In this document: piece after piece, positions 1 to 13,691 of the stretch
Layout of the letters: every line of letters begins with the position of its first letter
How positions within the stretch are numbered: position 1 is the stretch's first letter
NCBI GenBank assembly: GCA_044892525.1
Contig: CM097886.1
Span: 100,192,001-100,256,000, forward strand
Reading direction: 5' to 3'
From: Schmidtea polychroa
Taxonomy: Eukaryota
DNA: 64,000 bases
Position numbers and translations under genes: made by a program
The notes under the pieces: generated by a model
Databases searched by the model: none
Told to the model about the DNA's origin: nothing
Seen by the model: the letters and a program-made list of their open reading frames with translations, nothing else

Positions 1-1692
1 AACAACCAATATCATTCAGTGCTTTCTTGATACACTCTTTCAATTTTAAGAAACATTCAATCATTGGGATAAGAGAATTCCAGCGGGTTTTACAATCTAA
101 CATCAAACTCAAATTTTTGCCTTTATGGTCTCTGACATAATTTTGCAAAATTGAGTTCATTACCGGTGAATTTTTAAATATTTTAATTACGGTTCTGGTT
201 TCTGCTAATGTTTTATTAATATCTGGTCTAAAAGTTGTAATTATTTCTTCAACATCATCAAAATTTATGTTTGCATTTGCATCCAAATTACTGGGATTTT
301 CTTCATTGTTTTCATCACTGTCATAATTATCACCTTCACTTAAAATTATGTTTTCGTTTACAATTTTTTTATAAAAAACATCAATTACTGCTAGGTGAAT
401 AGAATGATTGAAACAAAGTTGGCATATAGCTTCTATTAACCCTCCATACTTTTTCATCACTGCAGCTCCATCGTTTGTGGAAGCAATAATGTCTTCCGCA
501 AATTTCACACCAAAGAAAAGTAAGTTTTCTTCAACCAAATTTTTCAAACTGCATTGCACGAACCTTCAATTGGCATCAAACTTAATACATGCGCTTTATT
601 TTTACTGTGTAAGGTTACGTCCAAATATCGTTTAACATTTCTGCCTGTCTATTCGTCTACGGCAGTGGTGGCCAACCCAAATCAATCGAAGTGCCAAATT
701 TTCGGAAAAATACTATCACGGGCCACAATAAATTCATTTAAATAAATATAACTCGTTTTTACGATTCAAGTAAACTTAGAATCAATTTTTTAAATTAAAA
801 ACATGCTTAATTCGAATATGAATTCTAAAAAAGACAATTATTGATTTGATGTTTAAAATTGTGTCCGGGCCACATCAAAAGACTTCGCGGGCCACTGGTT
901 GGCCACGGCTGGTCTACGGTAATACTAAATTTTTGTACATTATTTTTTGAACTCGAGGTCGATAAGTATTTAGCAAGTTCTGTTTTTTTCTGTACAGCAA
1001 AATCTTTAATGTAATTCATGATGGATGTATCACTTTTTTTCATTTCATAACCACGATATTGAACATATTCCTTTAAAGCTGAAGATTTTTTAATAGCATG
1101 TATGGAAAATCCATCCACAGTAGCACATTTTGCTAAAATTTCCACCAAAGAGTCTCGATTCACGTAATTGAATAAATTACCTTGTTCAGTTCTAGTTTTT
1201 TTGGCGCAATCGGAACCAGTGGATATCATCGGAAGTTCTTCTGAACCATTTCGTTTTTTATTAATAAATATATCTTGTCTTTTTAAGTGGTTGATCAATG
1301 CGGTTGTGGATGATCCTTTACAGAAGATAACATTCCCACACTTCAAACATTTTGCGTCTTCATTATTTTTATTTTTATTAAAAAAATTTCAGACTTTTTA
1401 TTTGAGTTCTTGGTTGATATGGCTATTTTAGAAAATTAAATTGTAATTACCCTACACGTAACCTCATATAATAAACTTACCATCAATTTGTCGAATAAAC
1501 TTATCTTCAAAATTAAATATGAAAAAGGAAAACCAATACTATTTTATTTGCAAAGCCTACTATTTTATTTAAATTTATAATGTTTAAATAATAACCGAGT
1601 ATTAATGGTGAAAAACCGAGTTTCCGAGTAATATATAAAGCAGAGAAGTAACCGAGTAACCGAGTACTCGATAACCGAGTATGGAAACTCTA
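1..1692 (-). mobile_element. Decayed hAT DNA transposon (Ac/hobo-like): transposase pseudogene about 1-1400 plus its terminus at 1692; runs off the window edge
   Basis: Minus-strand frames give FSITVD/E*TGRNVKRYLDVTLH, ASTNDGAAVMKK, CFNHSIHLAV and LDCKTRWNSLIPMIECF, which are hAT catalytic-core motifs with stops and frameshifts. The end reads TAGAGTTTCCATACTCGGT on the minus strand, with clustered ACCGAGT subterminal repeats at 1593-1680. Confidence 0.85.
663..911. mobile_element. Non-autonomous hAT MITE (249 bp) inserted in the hAT transposase
   Basis: TIRs CAGTGGTGGCCAACC / GGTTGGCCACGGCTG match 13/15. Perfect 8-bp TSD GTCTACGG at 655-662 and 912-919. Confidence 0.9.
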
Positions 1693-3280
1693 GTGAAAGA
1701 TGAAGACCCATTTTAGGATCTTATAAACAAAAATTCACCAATTAAGGGTTGGATAGTAAATTTAGACATGAATACGTTGAGGTACACAGAGGAATGTTTT
1801 TAGTAATAAACTTTATAAATATCCTTTAAGTTCTAAGTAAACAATGAATCAAAACAAAATACGTTTGTTCAGTTACAAGCTTATATACTGAATTGTTACG
1901 AATAAGTAATGATAGACAAACCCCGAAAACATTCTGTGAAATTTCAACAGATTTCATTTCTCGTGTTTTTGTCGTTCATCGTTTCTACAAATTCCTTGCG
2001 AATTGTGGAAATCGGCTTACAGAAAGCATTTTGTAATGAATGAAATGATGTTGTTAGTGTACTAATAGAAATGTGCTCTCATTTTACCTTATCATGTGGG
2101 TTTTTTTTTAAATTGTATTATCCTACGGTACATCGGTTTCCAGCATTGTTTTAGAGACTCCAGATTCTGATAGGAAATCGTATCTTTACCAAAAATATAC
2201 CAATATCTAATGGAATCTAAGTTTCAAACATTTTTTGTCTAATCTTAGTATAATATAGTTAAAATTTAATGTGAACATGTGTATTTCAATTTGGACAATT
2301 TCACCTAATGAAAGCATGTTGCATCATTTGTCACCCAAAACTACTGAATTGCATCTGGTATCGTATAAGAATAATTTTAATATACTCAGATTATACGTCC
2401 ACTTATCTTGAATACGGCTATTTAATACTATTAGGAAATTGATTAATAAAAGAATGAGCTAGACCAGATGGCCACGGCACTTAAAAAAATAACATTAAAA
2501 TATGAAAACAATTCAAATTTAATTTGCAAATTATGATAATGACTGAATCATGTTAAAAACGTAAATATTTAAAAAAATAAATTGATATAATAAATTGATA
2601 TAATTAATGATATTTGAATAATAGTATTATTATTTTATACAAATAAAGAAGTTAATGAAAATAGAAAATATAGGTTTAATAATACATAAATACAACATAT
2701 TGAAATTCAGTCACATTTTCTCATTAATATACTTAATATATAGTAGAGTCAGTACTGAGCCTCTCAGGATCATACTACACATAGGTCATTTTAGGGATAA
2801 AAAAAGTCACTCTAAAGCTAAAAGATTGATAGAAAGATCAAATTTAATGCAAGCTCGATTTGGAGTCTTTCAGGGGTTGAAAGGGCCAATTAAGGGTTGA
2901 TTACCCACGAATTTGAATTTGCCCCTGTCACCACAACATAATCAAAATGACTTTTAGAATCTTTGAAACTATGTTTTGCTATATATATATAAACTTTCTA
3001 ATCACACATCCTCTTTTGATAATAACTGATGAAAGCATCAACCACTAAAAATTTCAGGCTAATGACAACAGAGGGGTCTCACAGAATTTGCCAAAATGTG
3101 ATGACGTATACAATTAACTTTATTTGTAACTGTGTACTCAATGATACTGAAAACAAATGTGTCAATCAGCTATTTTGACAGTTATTCATTTCACTGGGGA
3201 CTGAGTCTCTCCTTGAGGACCTTCTTATTAGGGTTTATTGGAAGATGCAGTAGTTCATCTTTTTTTTCAAAAATTCTATT

Positions 3281-3810
3281 TTATTGCTCAACATAGTCTC
3301 CCTCGCGCTCAATACATTTCATCCAATGATTTTCAAGATTTTTAATACTATCAGAAAAATATGATTTGTCGAGATTTCCAAAAATATGCACCTGTTTCCA
3401 AAACGAATTCTTTATTTGATTGAAATCACCTACTTGTAAATATGGAAATAGGAAAAAGTCGCACGGAAACATATCTGGAGAATATGACGGATGGCCATGC
3501 AATTCATAATGTAATTCCACTAACATTTTGTGCGCAAGTGGATTTTCGTGATGAAAAATCACTTTTCTTGTCAAATGTGATCATTTTTTAACGATCAAGT
3601 AGCGCTGACTTTGTTCAGCCTTTTTGACGTTCTTCAATAAATAATAATTCATGTGCATCGCAGGAAACAGTTGCCATTACATTTCTAGCTGATTGTTGCG
3701 TTTGTGATTGTTTCAGAGCGCTTCCACTAGCTTTTACTTACTGTTTTGACTGTTGTGTTGACCCTGAGCTGTAGTTATGACTCCATGTCTCATCAATTGG
3801 TTGGTAATTT
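3281..3810 (-). pseudogene. Mariner (Tc1/mariner) transposase remnant
   Basis: Minus-strand frames give IDETWSHNY, NVMATVSCDAH, HHENP, HPSYSPDMFPCDFFLFP and WMKCIEREGDYVE, all degenerate mariner motifs with stops and frameshifts. Confidence 0.85.
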
Positions 3811-4321
3811 TGATCGTTTGTTTAATAATTTCTTTCAATTTCACAAATGCCTTTGACATTCATTTGTCAAAATTTGCCTTTAACTACTTCTCCAAATAAT
3901 TCGAACCTGATGTATAACGTTTTAATAATTCCTTAAAATAATATCCTTTTATACAATTCGTTCTTTAAAAATATTTTATCGCTTTGATTTTGTTATCAGT
4001 TTTCAAACCATTTTTATTATTAAAAAGTCCCATTTTGAAGAACCAATTGTTGATCCAGATTGTTTTCGATATTCTTATGAATTCCTTTGAATATATTGAA
4101 ATATCCGCTATGTACACAATGGATAATTTTCAATTGATTACCAACATTTATCAACTTTTTAAAGTTTCTAGATCCACAACGTTTTCGGTTTTGATTACTC
4201 CATCCAATTCAACTTGGCTCCCAAATTGATTATACTAAATCTTTTTGATTCTTTCAACGGTATTAAGATTAAGAACATTTTTCATTAGATTCCTAACATA
4301 TACTAATATATGGCTGTAGAG

Positions 4322-4691
4322 CCTTGGTTCTCAAACTTTTTGAAGTCGGGGAACACTGAACTTGAATTTATTTTTAGGCGGAATATCTACAATACAGCAT
4401 AAACTTTAAAACATAAACTTTGAAACCAACAGAGCAATAAAAAAGAATAATGTTCGCAAAAACACTCCATTATTATAGAGCAAAAAAGAAACGAAATCTT
4501 GTCGCAACGTGTGATTGGCAAACCCCTGCTTCCAAATGCTATCTTTAGCAAATAATATGTATATAAATAAAATATTGATATCGATATCGATATTGATTGA
4601 TGCAAATATATTTATTGAAAATACAATTAAAATTACATAACTTTTAATTGTACATTTGATTTTTTCGCGGAACACGCTTTGAGAACCAAGG
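4322..4691. mobile_element. hAT MITE (370 bp)
   Basis: TIR CCTTGGTTCTCAAA / TTTGAGAACCAAGG. TSD CTGTAGAG (4314-4321) vs CTGTAGGG (4692-4699), 7/8. Confidence 0.8.
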
Positions 4692-5147
4692 CTGTAGGGT
4701 ATTATGTATTCCAGTGGTCTCAAAAGGTTATTATTATGGATTGAGGATTTTGAATACTTTCACTCTTATAGTATATAGATATTGTCAATGAAACAATTTC
4801 AGGCCGTTATAAGGGTTACTAAATGATTATGAAGGCCGTTTTAATTATTCTGTTGAAGTTACTGCCTTACTACAGTCAGCATCAGAGATGCCTGTGAGAT
4901 CAATGGTATTGAAATAATAATTACCATAATATCACTAATAATTATTATAATCAAAACCGAGCTCATTAAAACCCAAATGATTCCGATTTATTAAATACGG
5001 ATTGATAGATAATTCCTTGAGAATACCGTGAACTAATTGATGAATTGAACTTAGGTCCAGAATTCGAGTGATTCACATAAATTAAAAAAAATAAAATGTA
5101 TAAAGTTGAGTTGATGTCACATTTTCATTTACAACATCGAATTAGAA

Positions 5148-7962
5148 ATGCTGTCATTTTATGTAATGAAAAAGTTAACCGGGTCAACTTATTTTAAATT
5201 AATATTCGGCAGCAGCTTAGTTTGTTCTTGTATAGTTTTCATAATATTTCTCATTGACAATCGTCCAAGCTTGTCAAATGATTTCGACGTGCCCACTATA
5301 AAGTGGGTATTGAGATTCTATGTATCACCAATGATTGTTATTATTAATTCCCATTCAGATATGAGGTCAAATTTCCTACAAATCTGCCAGAAGTCAAACA
5401 AATTGTCCAAGTATTATCCCAATATAAAAAAGAACATATGAAATATGTTATTATTTTATTCGGAAGTGCGTATGTTTTCAAACAATCTTTTGGAATTCCT
5501 GGCTCATTTCTCTTGGTGCGTTTTTTATTATTAANNNNNNNNNNNNNNNNNNNNNNNNNNNNNNNNNNNNNNNNNNNNNNNNNNNNNNNNNNNNNNNNNN
5601 NNNNNNNNNNNNNNNNNNNNNNNNNNNNNNNNNNNNNNNNNNNNNNNNNNNNNNNNNNNNNNNNNNNNNNNNNNNNNNNNNNNNNNNNNNNNNNNNNNNN
5701 NNNNNNNNNNNNNNNNNNNNNNNNNNNNNNNNNNNNNNNNNNNNNNNNNNNNNNNNNNNNNNNNNNNNNNNNNNNNNNNNNNNNNNNNNNNNNNNNNNNN
5801 NNNNNNNCTTTATTTAATACAAATTAATAAATCAATTTAAACAGTAAAATTTATTCCGTAAAAGTTGACATTTCCTGTAATTAATAGTCCTTGGATGTCT
5901 CTGCCCAGAATCATAATTTCACATCAGCTCCTGCAGCTGTCCAGGTCCCTCCATCATTATTTATAATAAATTAAAATAAAATTACTAATAATATCTATAA
6001 ATATATAAAATGTACACAGGAAGAAATCTTTGTATTAAAAAATACAAAAATCTATCATTCAACATGCAAATGGATCCAAAGTTTGTTATCCCAATATAAA
6101 AATCAGAAACCAATCAAATTTCACCTTTAACAATTAGTAAAATATTAAAAAAAATAGTAAAAAAAGTTTATTAAAAACAAAAAAGATTTCTTAAAGGTCT
6201 TTCGAATTAACTGTCGGTTGTTTGGGTTTGATATGGATTGCCTCTGGGATATTTTTTTTATCATTGTCGTTGGTGATAAACTTGACTGAAATTTTTTATC
6301 TTCTCTTCACCTTTTAGAAATATAATCAATATATTATAAGAACTTTTTTCTTCAAATATCACCACTGATTTCTTTTCCACAAATTTTCAGCGTTAAATAA
6401 AATATTTTCAAAATCATTTATCAATATTTCAATATTTAAAACATTTATTTAAAAATTTTTATTAATAATTTTTTATTCAAAAATTTCAACTTTAAAAATT
6501 CAATTTAAAAATTATTTAAAAGTTATTTTAATAGTCAATTATTTACAATTTAAAATTATTTTGATAAATCATTGAAATATTTAACTCTCAGCTGAAAACA
6601 CTTCACAGACATTGTATTTAATAAAAAGCTTCAAGACTATAAATCAGTAAATAAATCGATGTTTTTGATATATTTACGTATTCATAGCCTTCAAGCTTTC
6701 TAATAGATACAATAATCAATATAGATTGGAATAACCAGGTGATTTCATGACACAACACTACATTTTTTTAAAATCTTATTTAAAATAGTGTCAAAGTTAT
6801 TAAATATGTTTAGAAATAAATCTGAAAAGTCTGATCTAGTGTATAATATTGCATGTGATGTATTCAACGGTTCTCGTCATCTCCACATAGAGGATCAGGA
6901 ACCTAGCCTATTGAAAGGCGACGTGGTCATATTATTGAGCATAGAAATATCAATGTCAATAGAGCGTAAAGGTGCGACTGACTTGTATATTAATTCTCAA
7001 TCCCCACAATTAACAGTCAGTCAGCAATAAATTTATTGATATTATTTAATTAACTCAATAAATCATTAATATTTCATCATTATTGTTTACGTATAAAACT
7101 GCTTATGATGAGGATAATTTCCTCGAGATATTTTTCATTTCTTTGGCGTTTTAATGTTATTATGTTATTATCATTATCGAATTGATTCCCATTCAGAATA
7201 TCACAGCTGGTGCCCTATTTGGTGTACCAATTGCATTTTTCCTAGTGTCACTATTAACTGGTGTCGGTGCCACGTGTTGTTATCTCATGAGTAGATATTT
7301 CGGCCGAGAATTGGTCGAGCGATATTTCCCCAGAAGAATTTCTCAGTTAAGGAAGCTGGTAAAACAATTATGATAATAATTCGGTCTTATCGGGGAGGGG
7401 GTGGTGGCAGACTTTCTTCACCTTTTTACCTGCTTTGTTCTTGATCCTAATATCACTTAACCAATAAGCTCATGATCCACCATGACCTCTTCTCCGATTG
7501 GCTGATTTCTCGATTTACTATTGGCTGTTCATGATATATCATTGTTGCAGATCGAAGCGAATGAATCCGGTTTGTTTTTCTATCTGATGTTTCTGCGGCT
7601 GTTCCCGATGACTCCCAATTGGCTGCTGAATATCGCGAGCCCTCTTATCAATGTTCCTCTGCATTATTTCTTTTTCTCGGTTTTTTTCGGTATTTCATTG
7701 ATTTTATTGATTGATTGACTGATTGATCGGATCTTTAGGGCTGATGCCGTACAATTTCATCTGCGTCCAGACAGGAAGCATTCTCTACGATCTCTCGAGT
7801 CTCGATTCCGTGTTCACTCCAGCGGTGCTGGCCAAGATGGCGTGTGCTGCTACAGTCACCCTGCTGCCAGGCATCCTCATCAGATACTCCAAATACCGAC
7901 AAACAAATATACTGCCCGATGGCAGCATCATTCCAGACAGCCAAGAAATCAAAATCGATTAA
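5148..7962 (+). CDS. TMEM41A: TMEM41A-like VTT/DedA-domain membrane protein; predicted exons 5148-5302, 5359-5515, 7197-7358, 7551-7689, 7739-7962
   Basis: The spliced translation contains SAYVFKQSFGIPGSFLL-NITAGALFG, GVGATCCYLMS, FLRLFPMTPNWLLN and GLMPYNFICVQTGSIL, typical of TMEM41A. All introns are GT-AG and in phase (56, about 1680, 192 and 49 nt). Intron 2 contains an N gap; the start codon is less certain. Confidence 0.9.
5535..5807. other. Assembly gap (N run)
   Basis: Run of N. Confidence 1.
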
Positions 7963-8044
7963 GAAATGTTTTTTATGAGAATTTTTCTGTAAAATATAAT
8001 ATTATTTCCCTTGTTCCGTTTTGATTTATAATAGGCTGATAGGA

Positions 8045-8102
8045 GATATTAATGATAATGATAATGATATTGATGATGATATTGATAATAATATTGATAA
8101 TG
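8045..8102. repeat. Degenerate GATAAT/GATATT microsatellite
   Basis: Direct reading of the sequence. Confidence 0.85.
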
Positions 8103-9239
8103 TAAAACAATAAAATGATAATTTAAGCATTTTGCTGCAAATAATGTATTTAATGAAAAGATTTTCGACTATTAGATATTCCTTGTCAATCTCCTGGAAT
8201 TTAGCAATGTTCTTCCCGAAAATATCTTTCAATCTTTCTTTTATTTCCTTCTCTTAATTCTCATTGGTTCTAAATATAATATATACTTTCGTTTATTTAA
8301 AGAACAATCAAATTTCAATAAAATCCTACACAGAAATGGGTACCAAGGTGAGGACATTGAAAGAATGAATTCTATGTGCTTTAGAAAAAACATCGTCTAT
8401 TGCATCACGTGCAATGTATGCAATGAAATCTACATTGGAAGTACACTCAGGACCTTGCACCAAAGAGTTAAAGAACACCTAGGTTCTGGTGGAACATCCT
8501 CGTTGGGCAGACATCTCCGGCAGTGTCAGAAAAATTATTTCAATCGAAATCATAGCTAATGGAAACATCCAAAAGAAAAATGTCAGAATCGGAGAAGTAA
8601 TTCTCATCATAAACAGACAGCCAAAGATCAACACTAAAGAAGAAATCAATGAAATCATGAATTTGATCTGTTGTCATTGATCTTGAGAATAACTGACAAT
8701 ATATAAAGAAATTAATAAAAAAAATATAATAAATTAAAAAGTAATGATTAAAATAATATAGAAAATTTTAAGAAATATACTTTCAAAAGATAGGATTTAA
8801 AAATCAAAATTGACACATTTATTGAAATATTTAAATAGCGTATATAAGTAGTTATTGGACGCTTTATTTTAAAATATTTTGAAATATTTTATTAGGCTTC
8901 TAGAAGCTAATTATAGAAGCTTTATAAAAAATTTAAAAATTTTAGTTTGTGTCATTTTGAAATTTTAAATGGTATTTATTTTATTTTATTTTTAATTTTA
9001 ATTTTCAATAAAAATTTTAAAATTTTTTAATAAATAAATAAAATTATAAATGAAAGTATATATTATATTTAGAACCAATGAGAATTAAGAGAAGGAAATA
9101 AAAGAAAGATTGAAAGATATTTTCGGGAAGAACATTACTAAATTCCAGGAGATTGACAAGGACTATCTTATAGTCGAAAATCTTTACATTAAATACATTA
9201 TTTGCAGCAAAAGGCTTAAATTATCATTTTATTGTTTTA
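8103..9239 (+). mobile_element. 5'-truncated Penelope-like retroelement remnant with inverted tail copy (arms 8103-8296 and 9046-9239)
   Basis: GIY-YIG domain followed by an AT-rich tail. The last 194 bp of the tail recur inverted at the 5' end, with a few mismatches. Confidence 0.7.
8326..8680 (+). pseudogene. GIY-YIG endonuclease domain of a Penelope-like element, one frameshift near 8530
   Basis: KNIVYCITCNVCNEIYIGSTLRTLHQRVKEH ... RIGEVILIINRQPKINTKEE, preceded by LHRNGYQ. Confidence 0.85.
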
Positions 9240-9275
9240 AATAATAAATGTTGCTACCAAGAAATCATCACTTTA

Positions 9276-9548
9276 TAATATTGATAATGATAATGATATC
9301 GATAATGATATTGATAATGATATTGATAATGATATTGATAATGATATTGATAATGATATTGATAATGATATTGATATTGATAATGATATTGATAATGATA
9401 TTGATAATGATATTGATAATGATATTGATAATGATATTGATAATGATATTGATAATGATATTGATAATGATATTGATAATGATATTGATAATGATATTGA
9501 TAATGATATTGATAATGATATTGATAATGATTATTATAATGATAATGA
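9276..9548. repeat. (GATAATGATATT)n 12-bp tandem repeat, about 22 units
   Basis: Direct reading of the sequence. Confidence 0.97.
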
Positions 9549-9741
9549 TTCAATGTGGTTATAAATCGTCTACTTTTAATGATTGAAAAATAAATTTACC
9601 CGGCGACCATGCCCTTTGAAATCTGAGTATGATGTCATAAATGATGTTCTCTGCATTAATCGTTTAAGTGGCTACTCTGAGCACACAGTTCATATCGTCT
9701 CCTTTCACTGCATAAATCTGGCATTTTGGAGTCATGACATA

Positions 9742-10966
9742 TGTTGGGCTAGAACTGATTTCTAAACCCAAAGTTAGGAATGGGACGAAATGGGTCAGTA
9801 CACAACACGCATACACGCAAATATAAAACACCAAACAATGATAATAGAGAGATAATATACCCAAAAATAAAACATCTGAATTAAAAATAAAATAAAACAC
9901 GAGCAAAAAGTATTACACGAAAACTTACTCAAATATAACCGAAAGACATAAAACAACCAAAAACAAATTCGAATAAAGGCGATTAGTAAAAATTCAAAAA
10001 GAAAATTAAAGAAAATCTCCATATAATCTTACGTAAAGAAAATTATATCGATATTTTGAAAAAAAATCCAGAACAGTTCATAAAAATGGCGAAATCCATC
10101 ATGATCGCCAAACGACCCAATAAAATTTATAAAAAATAAATATTTTAGTTTAAAAAATAAAATTTTTAGAAAAGAAATCATAAAAAACAAGTTAAAAATA
10201 AGAAATAGATTAAATTTAGCATGGAATGTTCTGGAAATGCTGAAATCCATCATGGAGGCAAATTTAATAAAAAAAAATTCCAAAAATAAAACCAAAATTC
10301 TTACTGAAAAATCGCCATCAAAATCGATAAAAATTAAAAATCGAATGTTCAAGATTTAAAATAATCCGAATTTGTTTTACTGCATCAATGCACGCATGTA
10401 TACTTACACGTCAAACAGAGGCTATATAAACTAGCACATTTCGTCACTTTTCAAGGAAAAATGCAAATGCTAATGCTTAGTCTTATGCCAAATTTTTGAT
10501 TTTGATTTTCTGAGATTGTAAGTAAGGACGATTTCATTGTGAATTATAAATTATTATTATTTAAACCTTGTTTTCATGCTTTTTATTTAACTATAGAGGT
10601 GTAGGTTTGAGTGAGATCGTCGGTTATCATCGATTTTGGAGCGAGATCCCAGCCAATCCTGCACCTTCAACTTTATCATTTAAGATCGCAGATCACCACA
10701 TGCACCTATTTGTATTATACGTTGCTGGGTAGTCGGAGGTATTACCGACTCAGTGGTATAGGCCACTGGGTTCGTCGATAAATTACCTCTGGTACGGCGG
10801 ATTTCTTGGAACTCGTTATCGATATTGTAGTACGGTAGTACATTACATTATCACACACACATTAGGGCTTGTCGTAGTGAGCACAGTGCGGCCACGAAAG
10901 CAAGCAACTTTCTTTAAATCGAATTTTCTCATGCATAATATACATATAACACACTAAAAATCAACA
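9742..10966 (+). mobile_element. Possible relic LTR related to the giant element (right end uncertain)
   Basis: Starts TGTTGGGCTAGAAC (giant LTR: TGTTGGGCTAAAAC), followed by an A-rich block and a TATATAAA at about 10423. No TSD found. Confidence 0.4.
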
Positions 10967-11269
10967 CTAATACATTACCCTAGGTATGATAAACGGAGTA
11001 AAGCTCCAGACTCAAACTAATCATAATTCACAATTAATGTAGACGGTTAAATATCATCAAGAACCAACTCTACCTATACGTTTGTCGAATCTAGATTTAT
11101 AAATGTCCTAAATAAATTTTCTAGTAATAGTGTAAAGTAAAGAGTTTTTTAAAATGATTGAATTAACAGTAATAGTATTCATAAAGGTATTCGACATGCG
11201 TATCCGCAAGACTTGGATTTTAAATTGAATAGACTCTTAACTAACTATGAAAAATAAAAATCGTAAACC

Positions 11270-11830
11270 CATAAAAGTATAAATTATAATCTCAATTTCA
11301 TAAAGATATGAATTATACTTATAGATTTAATTTCTTCAAAATATAAATTATGAACTTATATTGATTATAGAATTATAAATTATGACTCTAAGTTAATTAT
11401 AAAAATTTCATAAAAATATAAATTATAATTAGTTATAAAGTATAAATTATAAATTTAATTTTTTAAAAATATAAATTAAAAATTTATATTGACTGTAAAA
11501 TTATAAATTATAACTCTAAGTTAATTATAAAAGTACAAATTATAATCTTAATTTCATAAAAATATAAATTATAAACTTAAAAGTATAAATTATAAAATTA
11601 TATTAGCCTTAAATATGAACTATAAATTTAACTTAACTTCATAAAAATATAAATTATAAACTTAAAAGTATAAATAATAAAATTATATTAGCTTTAAAAA
11701 TATAAACTATAAATTTAATTTCATAAAAATATAAATTATAAACTTATATTAGCTGTAAGAGTATAAATTATAATCTTAATTTGGTCATAAAAGTATAAAA
11801 TATAAACTACGTTAGCGATAAAAAATATAA
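11270..11830. repeat. Degenerate AT-rich minisatellite with core TATAAATTATAA
   Basis: Many imperfect copies of AAAATATAAATTATAAACTTA-like units. Confidence 0.7.
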
Positions 11831-12779
11831 TCTATGACCTCATAATAAAGTTGTAAATATTTTATAAACGACTCCCCCCCCCCAAGTTACGTAATCGTCG
11901 AAACAAATGTTCAGATTCATAATCTAACTTATATATGTATATTTGAAATTCATAAGAGAATAACTTACATTTTTTCATAAGTACCCCCCTCAAACTATAT
12001 ATTAGTCGAGAACAATATATTTAGCAAAAAAAATTTCTTCAGTTTATTAATATAAATAATTATGGAAAATTTTATTAATATTAAAAAATTATATATATGA
12101 TTTTTCTAGGTTAATGACCTAAGGTAATTTAATTGATTATTAATTATATTTTGTATTTTTATTAATATAAAAATCATAAATTAAAATAGAAATTTTAAAA
12201 ATTACAAATTTAAATTATTATTTAAGTAAGTACCAATTAGCAACATTATAATAATTATAAATTTTAAACACCTTGGATCAAAATTTTATTTTTATTATTA
12301 ATTGAAAATTTAATTTTAAAGGGTAACGAAATCTGGATAATTAAACTCAACTTTAGTTTAATCTGGATTCGTCTGAATTGAAATTAAGTAATAATTATCA
12401 GTGTTGAATGGTAAGTTGACTCAACATAAACCTGACTTATGTGTGGTATTTTAATAAATAATTATTAACATTCACTAGAAAGTTGCCAGGAAATGATTGC
12501 GTGTGTGCCTGAATTGATGAAAATGATGTGTGTGGGAGATAAGCGGTATGAATAAGGCATGATATTGGGAAGACAATCTGGTGAAGGGACCAGGAAAAAT
12601 CGGACGCAAGCCTTCTATCGGTAGTCCGTGAACCCAAAGGAGTGCCCGACAATTATAGTGTGGATAACGCGCTCACTTCCCCACTTGATACAGTACCAAC
12701 GTTAATCACTCAACGTGTATCAAGCGGAGAAAAATGTTATTTGTATTCTGGGTTACGCTGGAAACAGCACGAAAGGGTA

Positions 12780-13691
12780 AAATGTATGCTTACCTGTAAC
12801 CCACCACATAGTTGAAATTCATATCATAATTGTAAAGTCAGACGGCATCGTCGCCGGCTCCATGAAGGAGAAAGGCAGGTTGTTCATTAAAATAATATTT
12901 TTATTATAACATATCTACAATTTTAAATATTATCAGCAATTCATGAAAACACAAACAATTTCATAAATAAAATTAACTAATTACTTGGTGATCCAAACAG
13001 TTAATCGCTGATGAACTGAGAAAATTCGGGGTTAATTAGTTTTCCTCCGCTTGATAATTCGGTAAGTAGAACTTCGATAAGGTCTACGAATCCTTGGATG
13101 ATACCCGCTAGTGTTAAAATGTGGAATAATTCTACAAGTTTCGTGTGGCTAAAATTGTCGATCGCAATAGGTTCCTGATAGATTTCCTCTGAAGTAGTTG
13201 ATTGATTTGGAAATAGTTGCTTGATTTGGAAGTAGTTGCTGATTATGGTAGTCGTTGGTACCTTTACAAATTGATTTTGAAGTAGTTATCTAACTAACTT
13301 AGCGGCCGCCTTATATAGTAAATTTTAACCAATTAAAATTGAGTCGGGTTGTTTTTTGGTTATTTTTCTTTATTCTTTATTGTTTTCTTAACTATTATTT
13401 TGTTATATTTTGCTATTTTATTATTTTATTAATTTTCTTGTATTTTTGCGTTATTTCGCCTATTTTTGTTGTCTTTGGGTGTGACGGCCTATTTTTAGTT
13501 TTTCTTTAAATTTTATTTAATTTTTCGTACTTTTATTTACGTTTTTTTTTTGATTGGGTTTTATTTTTCTTATTTCTTAAATTTTATTATTATTGCGTCC
13601 TTAATTTATTTGTTGCTAATTTAATTATTTTTCTTTTTTCTGTTTTTTATTCCTTCACCCAGTTCCCAGCCATTAACCGTTTAGCCCAACA
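12780..13691 (-). mobile_element. Relic LTR 5' part of a family related to the giant element
   Basis: Minus strand starts TGTTGGGCTAAACGG, then an A-rich block, then ATTGG-N11-TATATAAGG. 12841-12890 is homologous to giant LTR 33440-33490. Confidence 0.7.

Noticed and set aside
2370-2430. Possible LINE RT remnant (RP-LEYG-like)
   Set aside because: Only a few residues across a frameshift; insufficient support.
5148-5827. ORFs 5148-5441 and 5438-5827 as two separate genes
   Set aside because: They are read-throughs of TMEM41A exons 1 and 2 into introns.
6788-7030. 80-aa ORF inside TMEM41A intron 2
   Set aside because: GTG start, no motif recognised on either strand.
9248-9586. ORFs with (ILIM)n and (YHYQ)n repeats on both strands
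   Set aside because: They are translations of the 12-bp microsatellite.
9664-10352. Hydrophobic F/I/L-rich minus-strand ORFs resembling membrane proteins
   Set aside because: Explained by the T-rich complement of an A-rich LTR-like block.
9738-10970. Solo LTR with TSD
   Set aside because: No matching 4-5 bp duplication found at candidate ends, so the right boundary is unsupported.
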